This document shows positions 30,135 to 40,157 of a stretch of DNA of 64,000 nt, one piece after another (positions within the stretch are counted from its first letter, which is position 1; the number at the start of each line of letters is the position of its first letter). Position numbers and translations under genes: made by a program. Source of the stretch: an uncultured virus (IMG/VR IMGVR_UViG_3300034107_000607) (taxonomy: Duplodnaviria; Heunggongvirae; Uroviricota; Caudoviricetes). The stretch lies in IMG/VR virus record IMGVR_UViG_3300034107_000607; one strand, 5' to 3'. The notes beneath the pieces are model-generated. The model was given only the letters and a program-made list of their open reading frames with translations, had not been told where the DNA came from and searched no databases.

Positions 30135-30358
30135 TGCGTATGACAACTGTTGAAAAAGAATGGGCTGAAGTTCGGCGCAACGGGGTCAAAACCGAAGATT
30201 GGTCTTGGACTGTTACTCTAGTTGAAGATGAAGTTGAAATTGACGAACTCTACATCAATAACGAAACTGATGCTAAAATGATTGCCGGTCTATTTGAAGC
30301 AGGTGCATTCACTCTCGGTGAATATGGACAAGTCTGCTTTGACACTGCTTTTGCTTGA
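30128..30358 (+). CDS. Hypothetical protein
   Basis: ORF track. Confidence 0.6.
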   Translation: MLMRMTTVEKEWAEVRRNGVKTEDWSWTVTLVEDEVEIDELYINNETDAKMIAGLFEAGAFTLGEYGQVCFDTAFA

Positions 30359-30370
30359 ATGGGAAACAAA

Positions 30371-30577
30371 ATGAAATACATTGCCTTTGTCGCTGTTATT
30401 CTTGTGTCTGCTTGTGGTATGTCACCAGATCAAGAACTTGCTGCTCATCTCGAAGCTGAACGTGATTTTCATGCACATCAGCAATATCTAGAATCAATCT
30501 ACAATTTGGATAACTATGATCCAGAATATGTAAATGATTGTTTATTTTATGAAGAACTTTTATGTGAGTTTGAATGA
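30371..30577 (+). CDS. Putative small lipoprotein
   Basis: MKYIAFVAVILVSAC lipobox. Confidence 0.6.
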   Translation: MKYIAFVAVILVSACGMSPDQELAAHLEAERDFHAHQQYLESIYNLDNYDPEYVNDCLFYEELLCEFE

Positions 30578-30963
30578 TGGCTCTGAAAAAGTTACCAAAT
30601 AATAAAAATGTAAAATACATAAATCCAGAAACTGGTAAGGTCGATTGCACATACAATGACTGCTTCACAAAGTTTATAGAAAGCTCTAGAACAGAAATTT
30701 GGACTCCAAAGGTGAGTGATGGCTACTTAATTGTAAAATTCAGAACTCATCATCACGAATGCACCGAGTGTAAAAGAACACAATCATCTTCTTCAGATAA
30801 AAGAAAAAGTATGGAATCATACAAAAATCAAATAAAAAGACCAATGGAAGTCGCATCTTTATACGATGACGATTATGACCCAGAACTTATTTTGACATCA
30901 GAAGAAAAACAGAAATACACCAACATCATTGACGGGTATAAAAGGAAACGACATAATGCATAA
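30574..30963 (+). CDS. Hypothetical protein
   Basis: ORF track. Confidence 0.55.
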   Translation: MMALKKLPNNKNVKYINPETGKVDCTYNDCFTKFIESSRTEIWTPKVSDGYLIVKFRTHHHECTECKRTQSSSSDKRKSMESYKNQIKRPMEVASLYDDDYDPELILTSEEKQKYTNIIDGYKRKRHNA

Positions 30964-31381
30964 ACTAACTCTTACTGCTCTTGCTGCAACTTCACTGTTT
31001 GCTCTTGCTGGCTGCCAAGATGATGCACAAGTGGCATCATACAATATTTCAAAAGCTGCTGACAACTTTGAAATTGACCGCCGTATCGTATTCTATAACG
31101 GTATTACAGATACATATATGTTGACAATCGAAGGTCGGTGCTCTATTGAAGATCAGACTACTCAGTTGGAAGTGACATGCAAGATCGGTCGCGATGCTTT
31201 CAAAAAGCACTTCCTCGGTTTGTCTGACAACGTGACCTATTTTGCTGAACAACTTGAAACTGCTAACGTGAGTGTCTATCATCACCGTGTAACATTCAAG
31301 CCGCAGGAAATTTTATCCGATATTGACTTCCGTGGTGATGCCGGTGAATTGCTTCAAAATAAAAGTGAGTCAAATCAATGA
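30956..31381 (+). CDS. Conserved phage lipoprotein
   Basis: LAGC lipobox; ADNFEIDRRIVFYNGIT, KKHFLGLSDNVTYF. Confidence 0.75.
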   Translation: MHKLTLTALAATSLFALAGCQDDAQVASYNISKAADNFEIDRRIVFYNGITDTYMLTIEGRCSIEDQTTQLEVTCKIGRDAFKKHFLGLSDNVTYFAEQLETANVSVYHHRVTFKPQEILSDIDFRGDAGELLQNKSESNQ

Positions 31382-31771
31382 TGAATAAGGAACAACTTGC
31401 AAACTTTGCTGATGAGTACGCAATCGTAGATCAAGCTGCAAGTTCACTCTTTGATCGTATCGAAAAACTGGAACAAAAATACTCGTCTGGTTATCGTGAA
31501 AAGTATTATTATGATCGATTTACGTTAGACAATGGTTATTTTTGAACTGCATGGTTCTTATTCATATCAAGGAGGTAGCGGTAGTATCTCACATGATATG
31601 TATGTAGATAAATTTGCTGATTCCGATGAGTTTATGCGAAACTACGAAAATGAATTGGAAAATGCTGATCTTGCTAGAAAAGAAAAAGAGAAAACAAGAC
31701 AAGCAGCAAAAGATGCTGCTGAATATGTACAATTTTTGAAACTACAAGAAAAATATACTAATAAGGGTTGA
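31378..31771 (+). pseudogene. Hypothetical gene split by an apparent frameshift near 31531 (or two small ORFs)
   Basis: ORF 31378-31545 overlaps +1 frame ORF 31532-31771; C-terminus resembles 55003-55392. Confidence 0.45.
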
Positions 31772-31821
31772 CAAATGCTATCAAATAGTTTATACTGATT
31801 CTATAAGGTAGAGGAAACAAA

Positions 31822-33078
31822 ATGAAAACACCAACTGTTGAAGAATTTAGATCTGTTTTCCTAGTAGGCGGCGCCGTCCGTGACATGCTGATGGGTCTGG
31901 AACCCAAGGACCGAGACTATGTTGTCGTTGGTTCATCTCCTTCTGACATGCTGGCTGCTGGGTTTTCTCAGGTCGGTGCAGATTTTCCTGTGTTCCTGCA
32001 TCCCGAAACCGGTGATGAATATGCACTGGCTCGGCGGGAGAAAAAGACTGGGACTGGTTACCTGGGCTTTACCTCTGAATTTGGAACTGACGTGACACTG
32101 GAGGAAGACCTGGGACGGCGAGACCTGACTATCAATTCTATGGCATTTGAAGCCGAGGAAGATAACCCCGGCAGTTTCCTGGTTCATGACTTTTTCGGCG
32201 GCAAAGATGATCTGCATGCCAAAGTGCTGCGGCACACTTCTAATGCTTTCGAGGAAGATCCTGTTCGTGTTCTGCGGCTGGCCCGATTCCGTGCTCGTCT
32301 GGGTTCGGAATGGACTGTTGCTCCAGAAACTGTAACTCTGGTTGCTAAAATGGCTAAAGCTGGTGTCCTGAATGAACTGACTGCCGAACGTGTCTGGAAG
32401 GAACTGTCACGGGCAATGGAAGAGGAATTTCCTCGCCTGTTCTTTGATACTCTGCTGGAGTGCGATGCACTGCATGTTCTGTTCCCAGAAGTGTATCGAC
32501 TGAAGACTGCTCTGGAGTCACGCCGTTGGCACCCAGAAGGTGATGCATACGAACACACCATGATTGTTCTGACTCAAGCCGTTCGTAAAGGTTTTGATCT
32601 GCAGACTCGACTGGCATGTCTGGTACATGACTTTGGTAAGGGTCTGACACCACGTGATCAACTGCCAAAGCACTACGGTCACGAAATGTCTGGTGTTCCT
32701 GTTACCAAAAACTTCTGTGACCGCCTGACCGTCCCTTCAAAGATGCGGGATCGAGTGATGAAAACCACTCGGTACCACATGCACATGCACAAACTGGATA
32801 CACTGAATCCAAAGACATTTGTTAATATGTTTATGGATATGGGTGCATTTAATGACCCAGAAGTTGTTTTTCTGCTGTGGTCTGTCGGTGTTTGTGATCA
32901 TAATGGTCGTCTGGGTTCAGAAAATGAGTCTACTGTCCATCTGATGAAACTGCTGGATATTTGGCATAGAGTCAAGTCTGTAAAATTTGCTGATGTTTTT
33001 CCTGACGGAGAAACTAATGTAGAACGGATCAAGGACGGTATGTTTAAAGCACGAGTTCGGGCGGTGAAAGCTGCCTGA
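31822..33078 (+). CDS. cca: Multifunctional CCA-adding tRNA nucleotidyltransferase with HD domain
   Basis: VGGAVRD, DRDYVVVG, EYALAR, RRDLTIN, EDPVRVLR, HDFGKG. Confidence 0.95.
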   Translation: MKTPTVEEFRSVFLVGGAVRDMLMGLEPKDRDYVVVGSSPSDMLAAGFSQVGADFPVFLHPETGDEYALARREKKTGTGYLGFTSEFGTDVTLEEDLGRRDLTINSMAFEAEEDNPGSFLVHDFFGGKDDLHAKVLRHTSNAFEEDPVRVLRLARFRARLGSEWTVAPETVTLVAKMAKAGVLNELTAERVWKELSRAMEEEFPRLFFDTLLECDALHVLFPEVYRLKTALESRRWHPEGDAYEHTMIVLTQAVRKGFDLQTRLACLVHDFGKGLTPRDQLPKHYGHEMSGVPVTKNFCDRLTVPSKMRDRVMKTTRYHMHMHKLDTLNPKTFVNMFMDMGAFNDPEVVFLLWSVGVCDHNGRLGSENESTVHLMKLLDIWHRVKSVKFADVFPDGETNVERIKDGMFKARVRAVKAA

Positions 33079-33085
33079 ACTTTTT

Positions 33086-33286
33086 ATGGAGATAAGAATG
33101 CTTGAATGGGTTCACCACGATAAACTACCAATGTATCTAGCAAAGTCACCTGCCGCAAAATCAGGTGACTTTCGTATCTTTTATGATGATGTTATGTATT
33201 GGGATGCGTTCTCTGGAATTTCTCCAACACAAGATCTAGATGCTATTAAAGCATGCGCACAAGAAATACACGATTCATATAAATAA
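33086..33286 (+). CDS. Hypothetical protein
   Basis: ORF track. Confidence 0.5.
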   Translation: MEIRMLEWVHHDKLPMYLAKSPAAKSGDFRIFYDDVMYWDAFSGISPTQDLDAIKACAQEIHDSYK

Positions 33287-33309
33287 GTGAAAAATAACTG
33301 GAGTTTTTC

Positions 33310-33924
33310 ATGCTTTCTTTTAAAGATTTTCTTTCTGAAAATTACAAGAATTTTATAGGACCATCATCAATAACTCAGAGAGAACTCTGGGCTGATCAAA
33401 CATGGGAAATTCTGAAAAAATCATATGCTCCAATTGGCGGTGTTAAAGGTAATGGTTTTAACTCAAAGCAAGATATGATTGATAATATTCCATTTTGGAA
33501 ACTTTATACTAAAGGTGATAAAGTACTTGCCGCAGTATTTTACAAAGACAAAGGTGGCCGAAAGTCTGTTGCTATTGCTACTGATGGGTCTGATCTTGGT
33601 AAAAAAGTAGTTGGTGATATATTCAAAGCATCTCTTGGTGTTTCATATGGAGAAAAATCTGGCCCTGCACTTGGAACTATGATGAAAGCAGTTCCTTGGG
33701 AAACACTGGAACGATTTTTGTTTACACCAGAACAATTGGAAAAAATCTCTGGAGAGAAAGTACTTCATGTCGAAAAGTTTGGCGTGCAAAACTTGGATGT
33801 CAAAGATAAATTTACTTATGATAAATTCCCACAATTAAAACCGTATTTCTATGTAAGAGAACTTGGCGGAGAAATGCACCTAAAAGTTTCTATGGGAACT
33901 CCGAATTTAAAAATTTTTAGTTGA
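33310..33924 (+). CDS. Late protein, possibly capsid-internal
   Basis: TATAAATA at 33278-33285; N-terminus MLSFKDFLSE. Confidence 0.6.
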   Translation: MLSFKDFLSENYKNFIGPSSITQRELWADQTWEILKKSYAPIGGVKGNGFNSKQDMIDNIPFWKLYTKGDKVLAAVFYKDKGGRKSVAIATDGSDLGKKVVGDIFKASLGVSYGEKSGPALGTMMKAVPWETLERFLFTPEQLEKISGEKVLHVEKFGVQNLDVKDKFTYDKFPQLKPYFYVRELGGEMHLKVSMGTPNLKIFS

Positions 33925-33970
33925 CATTTAAGTAAGTATAGTATATACTGATTCTATACGGAGAAATATT

Positions 33971-34564
33971 ATGATCTATATCTACCTTCACGGCTTTAAT
34001 TCTGCTTTTGATCCAGAAGCAAGTAAAGTAAAAACACTATCTTCTCTAGGAGAAGTAATCGGTATCACATATGATACTTATGTATCATATGATGAAATTT
34101 TCTCATACATCACATCTCAAGTACCAAGTGATCGGTCGGATGAAGTTATTTTCGTAGGAACCTCACTTGGCGGTTTCTGGGCGGCGCAAATGGGAAAGCA
34201 TTATGGATGTCCTTCGGTTATTATTAACCCTTGTTATGATCCTAGTTCAATGCTTCGTAGGTATGAAGGTGTTATAACAACAAACTATCATACAGCTATC
34301 ACTAATGTTTTAACTAGTGAAGTTGTTGATACATACAATTCGAAGTATATCTACGGGCAAGATAAAACTTACAAATATCTTCCTTTGGTTCTTTTGGATA
34401 TGGGTGATGAAGTTATTGGATCTGGTGGAACAGAATTAGTTCTAAAAGAATTCCCGATGAAGCGGTTTGAAGGTGGGAGCCATAGGTTTGATCATATGGA
34501 AGAATCACTAGAAACAATCCATGATTATATAAATCACTGTGGATATGTTGAACATCTTGACTAG
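33971..34564 (+). CDS. YqiA/UPF0227-like alpha/beta hydrolase
   Basis: YLHGFNS, GTSLGG, INP, GGSHRF. Confidence 0.85.
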   Translation: MIYIYLHGFNSAFDPEASKVKTLSSLGEVIGITYDTYVSYDEIFSYITSQVPSDRSDEVIFVGTSLGGFWAAQMGKHYGCPSVIINPCYDPSSMLRRYEGVITTNYHTAITNVLTSEVVDTYNSKYIYGQDKTYKYLPLVLLDMGDEVIGSGGTELVLKEFPMKRFEGGSHRFDHMEESLETIHDYINHCGYVEHLD

Positions 34565-35261
34565 AAAATTTGTATTTGATGTTGACGGTACTCTTACGCA
34601 ATCTCGTAAAGTTATAGAAAAAGATTTTGCAAAGTTTTTTAAAACATTCTGTGAAACAAATTTAGTATATTTTGTTACAGGAAGTGACAAGCCAAAAACT
34701 GTAGAACAAATCGGTAAAACTATATTTAATTCTGCGCAGCTTTCATTCAATTGTGCAGGTAATGAAGTATGGAATAAAAATTATCTAGTGTATTCAAGTA
34801 ATTGGAAACCAGATCAAGAAATTGTAAATTATCTTGAAATACTTCTAGATGAATCACAATTTCCAGAGAAAACAGGCAATCATATCGAGTTTAGAAAAGG
34901 TATGGTTAATTTCTCGATACCGGGTAGAAATTGTTCATTTAAACAGAGAGAACAATATGTTGATTGGGACAGTAAAACCCAAGAACGAAAACTATTTTAC
35001 AATAAGATAAAAGATAAATTTGATCATATAGATGTATATATCGGTGGTGAAACAGGTTTAGATATCTTTAAAAAAGGTTTTGGTAAATCACAAGCCATAA
35101 GTAAAATACGTACAGAAAAAACAGATATAATTTATTATTTTGGCGATCAGATCTTCCCTGGTGGTAACGATTATGACGCTGCAATACTGTGTGATTACTC
35201 TATTAATGTTAATAGTTGGTTAGATACATACAATTCACTCTTGATGATACGCGAGGAATAA
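34539..35261 (+). CDS. HAD-IIB phosphomannomutase-like protein
   Basis: FDVDGTLT, VTGSD, IEFRKGMVNFS, FGDQIFPGGND. Confidence 0.85.
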   Translation: MDMLNILTRKFVFDVDGTLTQSRKVIEKDFAKFFKTFCETNLVYFVTGSDKPKTVEQIGKTIFNSAQLSFNCAGNEVWNKNYLVYSSNWKPDQEIVNYLEILLDESQFPEKTGNHIEFRKGMVNFSIPGRNCSFKQREQYVDWDSKTQERKLFYNKIKDKFDHIDVYIGGETGLDIFKKGFGKSQAISKIRTEKTDIIYYFGDQIFPGGNDYDAAILCDYSINVNSWLDTYNSLLMIREE

Positions 35262-35672
35262 ATGAAAGAAATCGGACTTGTAACATCGTGTTTTGATTTG
35301 CTACACGCTGGTCATATTATGATGTTGAGAGAAGCAAAAACACAGTGTGACTATTTAATTGCTGCCTTGCAAACTGACCCAACTATTGACAGGCCAGAAA
35401 AGAATAAACCAATTCAAACATTGGTTGAACGATATGTACAATTATCTGCTGTAAAGTATGTAGATGAAGTTATATGCTATCAAACAGAGAAAGATCTGGA
35501 AGATATTACACAGATGTTTCCAATTACTGTTCGTATCTTAGGCGAAGAATACAAGAATAAAGATTTTACAGCTCGTGAAATCTGTAAACAACGTGGTATT
35601 CGCTTATACTTCAATACTAGAGATCATCGGTTTAGTTCTAGTGACTTGAGAAAACGAGTTATAGAAACATAA
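35262..35672 (+). CDS. Cytidylyltransferase (TagD-like)
   Basis: FDLLHAGH, KYVDEV, SSSDLR. Confidence 0.88.
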   Translation: MKEIGLVTSCFDLLHAGHIMMLREAKTQCDYLIAALQTDPTIDRPEKNKPIQTLVERYVQLSAVKYVDEVICYQTEKDLEDITQMFPITVRILGEEYKNKDFTAREICKQRGIRLYFNTRDHRFSSSDLRKRVIET

Positions 35673-35812
35673 AAGTGTTGACATAACGCCCGAATCGGTA
35701 TAATATGAAAATATAAGGAATGGAGAACTTACATGGATATGACTATCGAAGAGTATCTTGACTATATTCGTACTCTACTTGAACAAGCAGAAGAAGATGG
35801 GTTTGAAGTTGA

Positions 35813-36430
35813 ATGATCCAAATTCAAGGTAAACTTGATCGTGAAGTCTACGTTGCCTGTTCTGGTGGCGTAGACTCTATGGCAGTTGTTGACTTCTTGA
35901 TGAAGAATCATAAAGTCAACCTTATGTTTTTTGACCATGGAACTGAGACTTCTCGTGAAGCTCTTGAGTTTTTGAAAGATAAGTATTTACAAAGTATTGA
36001 ATTTGGTCGTATGAGTCTAGATATTGGCGGTTTGACAAATTCAAAAGCCAAATCAGATTCATGGGAAGAATATTGGAGAACTCAGCGATATGAGTGGTTT
36101 CATTCATATTACCCACATCCAATTATTACTTGTCACCATTTAGATGATTGTGTCGAAACTTGGATTTTTAATTCATTAAATGGTAACGGTAGAATTATTC
36201 CATATTCACATAGGAATGTTATTCGTCCATTTAGACTAAATCAAAAATCCGAATTTACAAACTGGTGCCGAAATAATAATGTCCCTTGGATCGAAGACTC
36301 TTCAAATCAAGATACAAAATATATGCGCAACTTCATCCGTCACGAAATTGTTCCCAAAGCGCTTGTTGTTAACCCAGGCCTTCATAAAGTAATTCGCAAG
36401 AAGGTTTTGGAAGATTGCTGTATAGTATAA
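35813..36430 (+). CDS. tilS: tRNA(Ile)-lysidine synthetase-like (PP-loop domain only)
   Basis: ACSGGVDSM, HHLDD, IRP, WIEDSSN, RNFIR. Confidence 0.85.
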   Translation: MIQIQGKLDREVYVACSGGVDSMAVVDFLMKNHKVNLMFFDHGTETSREALEFLKDKYLQSIEFGRMSLDIGGLTNSKAKSDSWEEYWRTQRYEWFHSYYPHPIITCHHLDDCVETWIFNSLNGNGRIIPYSHRNVIRPFRLNQKSEFTNWCRNNNVPWIEDSSNQDTKYMRNFIRHEIVPKALVVNPGLHKVIRKKVLEDCCIV

Positions 36431-36476
36431 ATATATCAATATAGAAATCTCACACTAACTAGAAAGAATACAAACC

Positions 36477-37457
36477 GTGTCAATTAAACCCAGCGGAAGT
36501 GCATTAACTATGACCGAGATACAAACTGAGTTTGGCGGAGTCGCGCCGATTAGTTTGTCCGAGTATTATGGGTTGGCAAGTGGTCTACCTACAAATGGAC
36601 CAATATCTATGTCCACGACCTACGAAAAAACTTTTGTTGTAGTCGAAACAATTACGGCTTCAAAGACATGGACCCCAAAACTTAATCTTGCTAGATTTAT
36701 TCATATCTTTACTATTGGGGCTGGCGGTTCTGGCGGAATGGGTTGGCCTGCAAGAAACGTAGGTACTTTTGGTAATACCGACGGTGTTGCTGGGGCTGGT
36801 GGCGGCGGAGCCGGCGGTGTATCATATAGTGTTATACCAGGAACAACTTCAGGTTCTGCTACTGTTACTATTGGAGCTGGAGGAACTGGAGTCGGCGTTG
36901 GTGGAGAACGAAATGCTATAAGTGGAAATGCTGGCACTGCATCTAGTTTTATAGGACTAGGCTTAAATATGACCGGGTCGGGCGGCCTAGGCGGGCAGGG
37001 TTCTCAAGCAACATCAGGCGGTGGAGACTCAACTTCTGGAAGCGGTGGTGCTGGTGGATCTGCATCTGGTGGTAATACATTAAATCTTACCGGAGGATTA
37101 GGAGGAGGATACAGCGTAAGTGGAAGTGATGTGCGCACATCTGCTGCGGGTGGCGGAGCTCCAAGATTCTTAAGTGTTGATGCCGGCACTGCTGTAAGTT
37201 CCACAACAGGCGCAACTACAGTCGGTATTAAAGTTTCAGGATATAGCGCATATCCTACAATCGCGACTTACGCAAGTAATAGGTCACAACCATTCTTAGG
37301 GTCGGCTATTCTGAGTTTTGATGCGTCTGATGGGAATAGATCCGGTGCTTCAGGATCTCCTACGTATGGAGCCGGAAGCGGCGGTGTAGCAACTGAATCC
37401 GCCGTAACGTCTGGCAAGGGCGGAAATGGTCTTGTCATAATCGTGTATGAAATATAA
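36477..37457 (+). CDS. Glycine-rich virion/fibre-like protein
   Basis: EIQTEFGG..PISLSEYY N-terminal motif, Gly-rich, GxGGxGLVII C-terminus; TATAAATA at 36426-36433. Confidence 0.65.
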   Translation: MSIKPSGSALTMTEIQTEFGGVAPISLSEYYGLASGLPTNGPISMSTTYEKTFVVVETITASKTWTPKLNLARFIHIFTIGAGGSGGMGWPARNVGTFGNTDGVAGAGGGGAGGVSYSVIPGTTSGSATVTIGAGGTGVGVGGERNAISGNAGTASSFIGLGLNMTGSGGLGGQGSQATSGGGDSTSGSGGAGGSASGGNTLNLTGGLGGGYSVSGSDVRTSAAGGGAPRFLSVDAGTAVSSTTGATTVGIKVSGYSAYPTIATYASNRSQPFLGSAILSFDASDGNRSGASGSPTYGAGSGGVATESAVTSGKGGNGLVIIVYEI

Positions 37458-37544
37458 TACCATTTAATAGTCACATTTAATTTAAATTTAATAATACATT
37501 TTCAGAAATACTGATATAAATGTAAACATAACTCTGTGAAGTAA

Positions 37545-37724
37545 ATGGACAGAAAACACCCCGAATATCTAGAATTTAAGCAACAATTCTGGCAATGGTT
37601 CGATACACTACCCCAAAAGAAAAAAGAAATGTTCTGGCGATATAAAGACGATATGGCAGAAACAAATTTTTATTTTACAGTGTACTCTAAAAAATCTGTT
37701 GACAAACCCAAAGAATTGGTATAA
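37545..37724 (+). CDS. Hypothetical protein (59 aa)
   Basis: Manual ORF MDRKHPEYLEFKQQFWQWFD... Confidence 0.55.
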   Translation: MDRKHPEYLEFKQQFWQWFDTLPQKKKEMFWRYKDDMAETNFYFTVYSKKSVDKPKELV

Positions 37725-37812
37725 ATTAAACTAACATCCAAAGGTTAGGTTCCGCAGAACCTAATAATGTTTATATTGAAAACACAAAAACTAACCTGGA
37801 AGGAACTACATT

Positions 37813-39276
37813 ATGGCTACTTTTTCACAAGCAGTTGCAAATCAAAAATCAGCGGAGGTATCTCGTACCGAGAACGGTATGAAGGCATGGGCAACTTCCG
37901 ACTCTAAGGTCCTTGACCTTTTCGGTAAGATCGGTTCAAGCCGTGGTCGTGACCTGACACCTTCGTTCTCCGCTGCACTTGCAGAAGATGAGAACCTAGC
38001 TGTTCGTGTTCTTCTATGGGCACGTGACGTCCGTTCCGGTGCTGGTGAGCGCCAGACCTTCCGTAATCTTCTTCGTTCACTCGAAGCACAGAGCCCAGCA
38101 CTAGCTGGTCGCATCATGCACAAGGTTCCAGAACTTGGCCGTTGGGACGACCTCTTTGCATATCGTGATCCTGCTAACCGCAAAAATGCACTCCGCATGT
38201 TTGCTGACGCACTCATGAATGGTGACGGTCTTGCCGCAAAGTGGGCTCCACGTCTTGCATCAAGCAAGAAGTCAACTACTCCAGGTAAGATGGAGAAGCT
38301 AAAGAACGCAAGCGAACTGCGCAAGTTCATGATGCTCTCTCCAAAGGAGTATCGTCAGATTCTTGTTGGTTCGACTCGTGTTGTTGAGTCTCTGATGTGT
38401 GCCAAGCGCTGGGACGAGATTAACTTCTCGCATGTTCCATCACTTGCTTCTGCCCGTTACCAGAAGGCTTTCGGTAAGAATGCCGCTGATGCTTACTCTG
38501 CTTATATCCGTGAGCTTCAGAAGCCACAGGAAGAGCGTGATCCAAAGGTCAAGATCAATGCTGGTGCAGTTTACCCATACGATGTTGTCAAGTCACTTCG
38601 TCATGGTAACGAGGCTGTTGCTAACGCACAGTTCGATGCTCTGCCAAACTATGTCGGTGACACCAAGATCATGCCAATGGTCGACGTGTCAGGTTCCATG
38701 GGTACTATGCTCGCTGGTGGTATGACTGCCATGGATATTGCCCTTTCACTAGGTCTGTATCTATCTTCCAAGACTTCATCTGACTTCAAGGATATGTTCA
38801 TTACTTTCACCAGTTCTGCAACTATTCAGGTTCTGAAGGGTACACTTTCCCAGAAGATGCGCCAGATGTCAGGTGCTGTTGGTTACGACACCAACCTTAC
38901 CAAGGCTTTCGATAGTCTACTACAGACTGCGAAGAGTGGTAATGTTGCACCAGATAATATGCCAGAATTTATTGCCATCATGAGTGATATGCAATTTAAT
39001 GATGCAGCAATCCGTGGTACTGACGCGACCGCACTAGAAATGGCTCGCCAAAAATATCGTGATGCTGGATATAATTGCCCAAAAATTATCTTCTGGAACC
39101 TAGCTGCTAGGGCAAGTGCAGATCAATCTCCTGTAAAGGTTAATGATCAGGGGGTTGTCATTGTATCAGGGTTTAGCCCATCAATTATGGCAACTGTTCT
39201 AGGTGCAAACCCAGAAGAGTTTACGCCTCAAGCTATGATGATGAAAGTAATCATGGATTCACGATACGACTTTTAA
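37813..39276 (+). CDS. TROVE/Ro60-like vWA protein (DUF2828-like)
   Basis: TENG, WARDVRSGAGER, GRWDDL, AAKWAPR, DVSGSM (MIDAS), SDMQF, IIFWN, SGFS. Confidence 0.8.
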   Translation: MATFSQAVANQKSAEVSRTENGMKAWATSDSKVLDLFGKIGSSRGRDLTPSFSAALAEDENLAVRVLLWARDVRSGAGERQTFRNLLRSLEAQSPALAGRIMHKVPELGRWDDLFAYRDPANRKNALRMFADALMNGDGLAAKWAPRLASSKKSTTPGKMEKLKNASELRKFMMLSPKEYRQILVGSTRVVESLMCAKRWDEINFSHVPSLASARYQKAFGKNAADAYSAYIRELQKPQEERDPKVKINAGAVYPYDVVKSLRHGNEAVANAQFDALPNYVGDTKIMPMVDVSGSMGTMLAGGMTAMDIALSLGLYLSSKTSSDFKDMFITFTSSATIQVLKGTLSQKMRQMSGAVGYDTNLTKAFDSLLQTAKSGNVAPDNMPEFIAIMSDMQFNDAAIRGTDATALEMARQKYRDAGYNCPKIIFWNLAARASADQSPVKVNDQGVVIVSGFSPSIMATVLGANPEEFTPQAMMMKVIMDSRYDF

Positions 39277-40041
39277 TTTGCAATTGTCTCCGTGCCATCT
39301 TGTGTAATTAGAACCTACATAAGAACCTTGACAGTATGGACAAACAGTTACTTTACGATTTTTTGCTCGGGCTAACATTTTGGCCCGAGCATCTTCAGAA
39401 GGAATCCAACCCTTCCCATTCTGATTACCTTTCATTCTTTCGGAATGTGCTAATTTAACTTCTTCGGTATGCTTTTTTCCGAACATTGGATTCTTTTCAC
39501 CAAACTGTAAACCTATATGAGATTCACTCATTTTTCTTCTGGTTTCTTCTGTTCTTTCATATCTGCCCATATTTTCTGAATTTAATTTTGGTTTTCTTAA
39601 CTTGTCCTTATGCTCTTCAGTTTTAGGTTTTCTTAACTTTTCCCTGTGTTCACGTGTTAATTTTCTTCCTTTATTTGCTTCTGATATTTTCTTTTTATGT
39701 TCTTCGGATTTAGGGATAGATTTTAATACAGATATATGCAAATTTCTTACCACATCATACTGCCGAGAGTTTAAAACTATGTTACTATTTGCTAATCTTC
39801 TAAGAGCATAAATCATTTTTATTCTATCAGAATCTAAGGTAATTTTTGCAAGTAGTAAATGGCATATAAAATGTTCTCTCGGTGTTAATAAAACAAGATT
39901 ATCTTTATCATTATTACCACCTAATGATTTTGGTTTTATATGATGATTTTCATAATACATATCACCTTTTATTCTTGATTTAGCTTTTGCATTATATATG
40001 ATCGAATAGTATATTTTGGTGTATTTATTTTCTATAAACAA
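39259..40041 (-). mobile_element. HNH/NUMOD3 homing endonuclease
   Basis: ENHHIKPKSLGG, LTPREHFICHLLL, NUMOD3 repeats, NPMFGKKH; TATAAATA at 40063-40070 (-). Confidence 0.88.
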
Positions 40042-40157
40042 TTCATTCTCCTTTATTTTTATTATTTATAAAGGATATACGGTTCAATAACAAATTTGTT
40101 GACATTTTGCATAAAATATGTTATACTACTATTAAATTATATCATGGAGATTATATA

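Noticed and set aside
37842..38725. Alternative-frame and antisense ORFs in the TROVE-like gene
   Set aside because: Explained by the strong codon bias of the real gene; no RBS or motifs.
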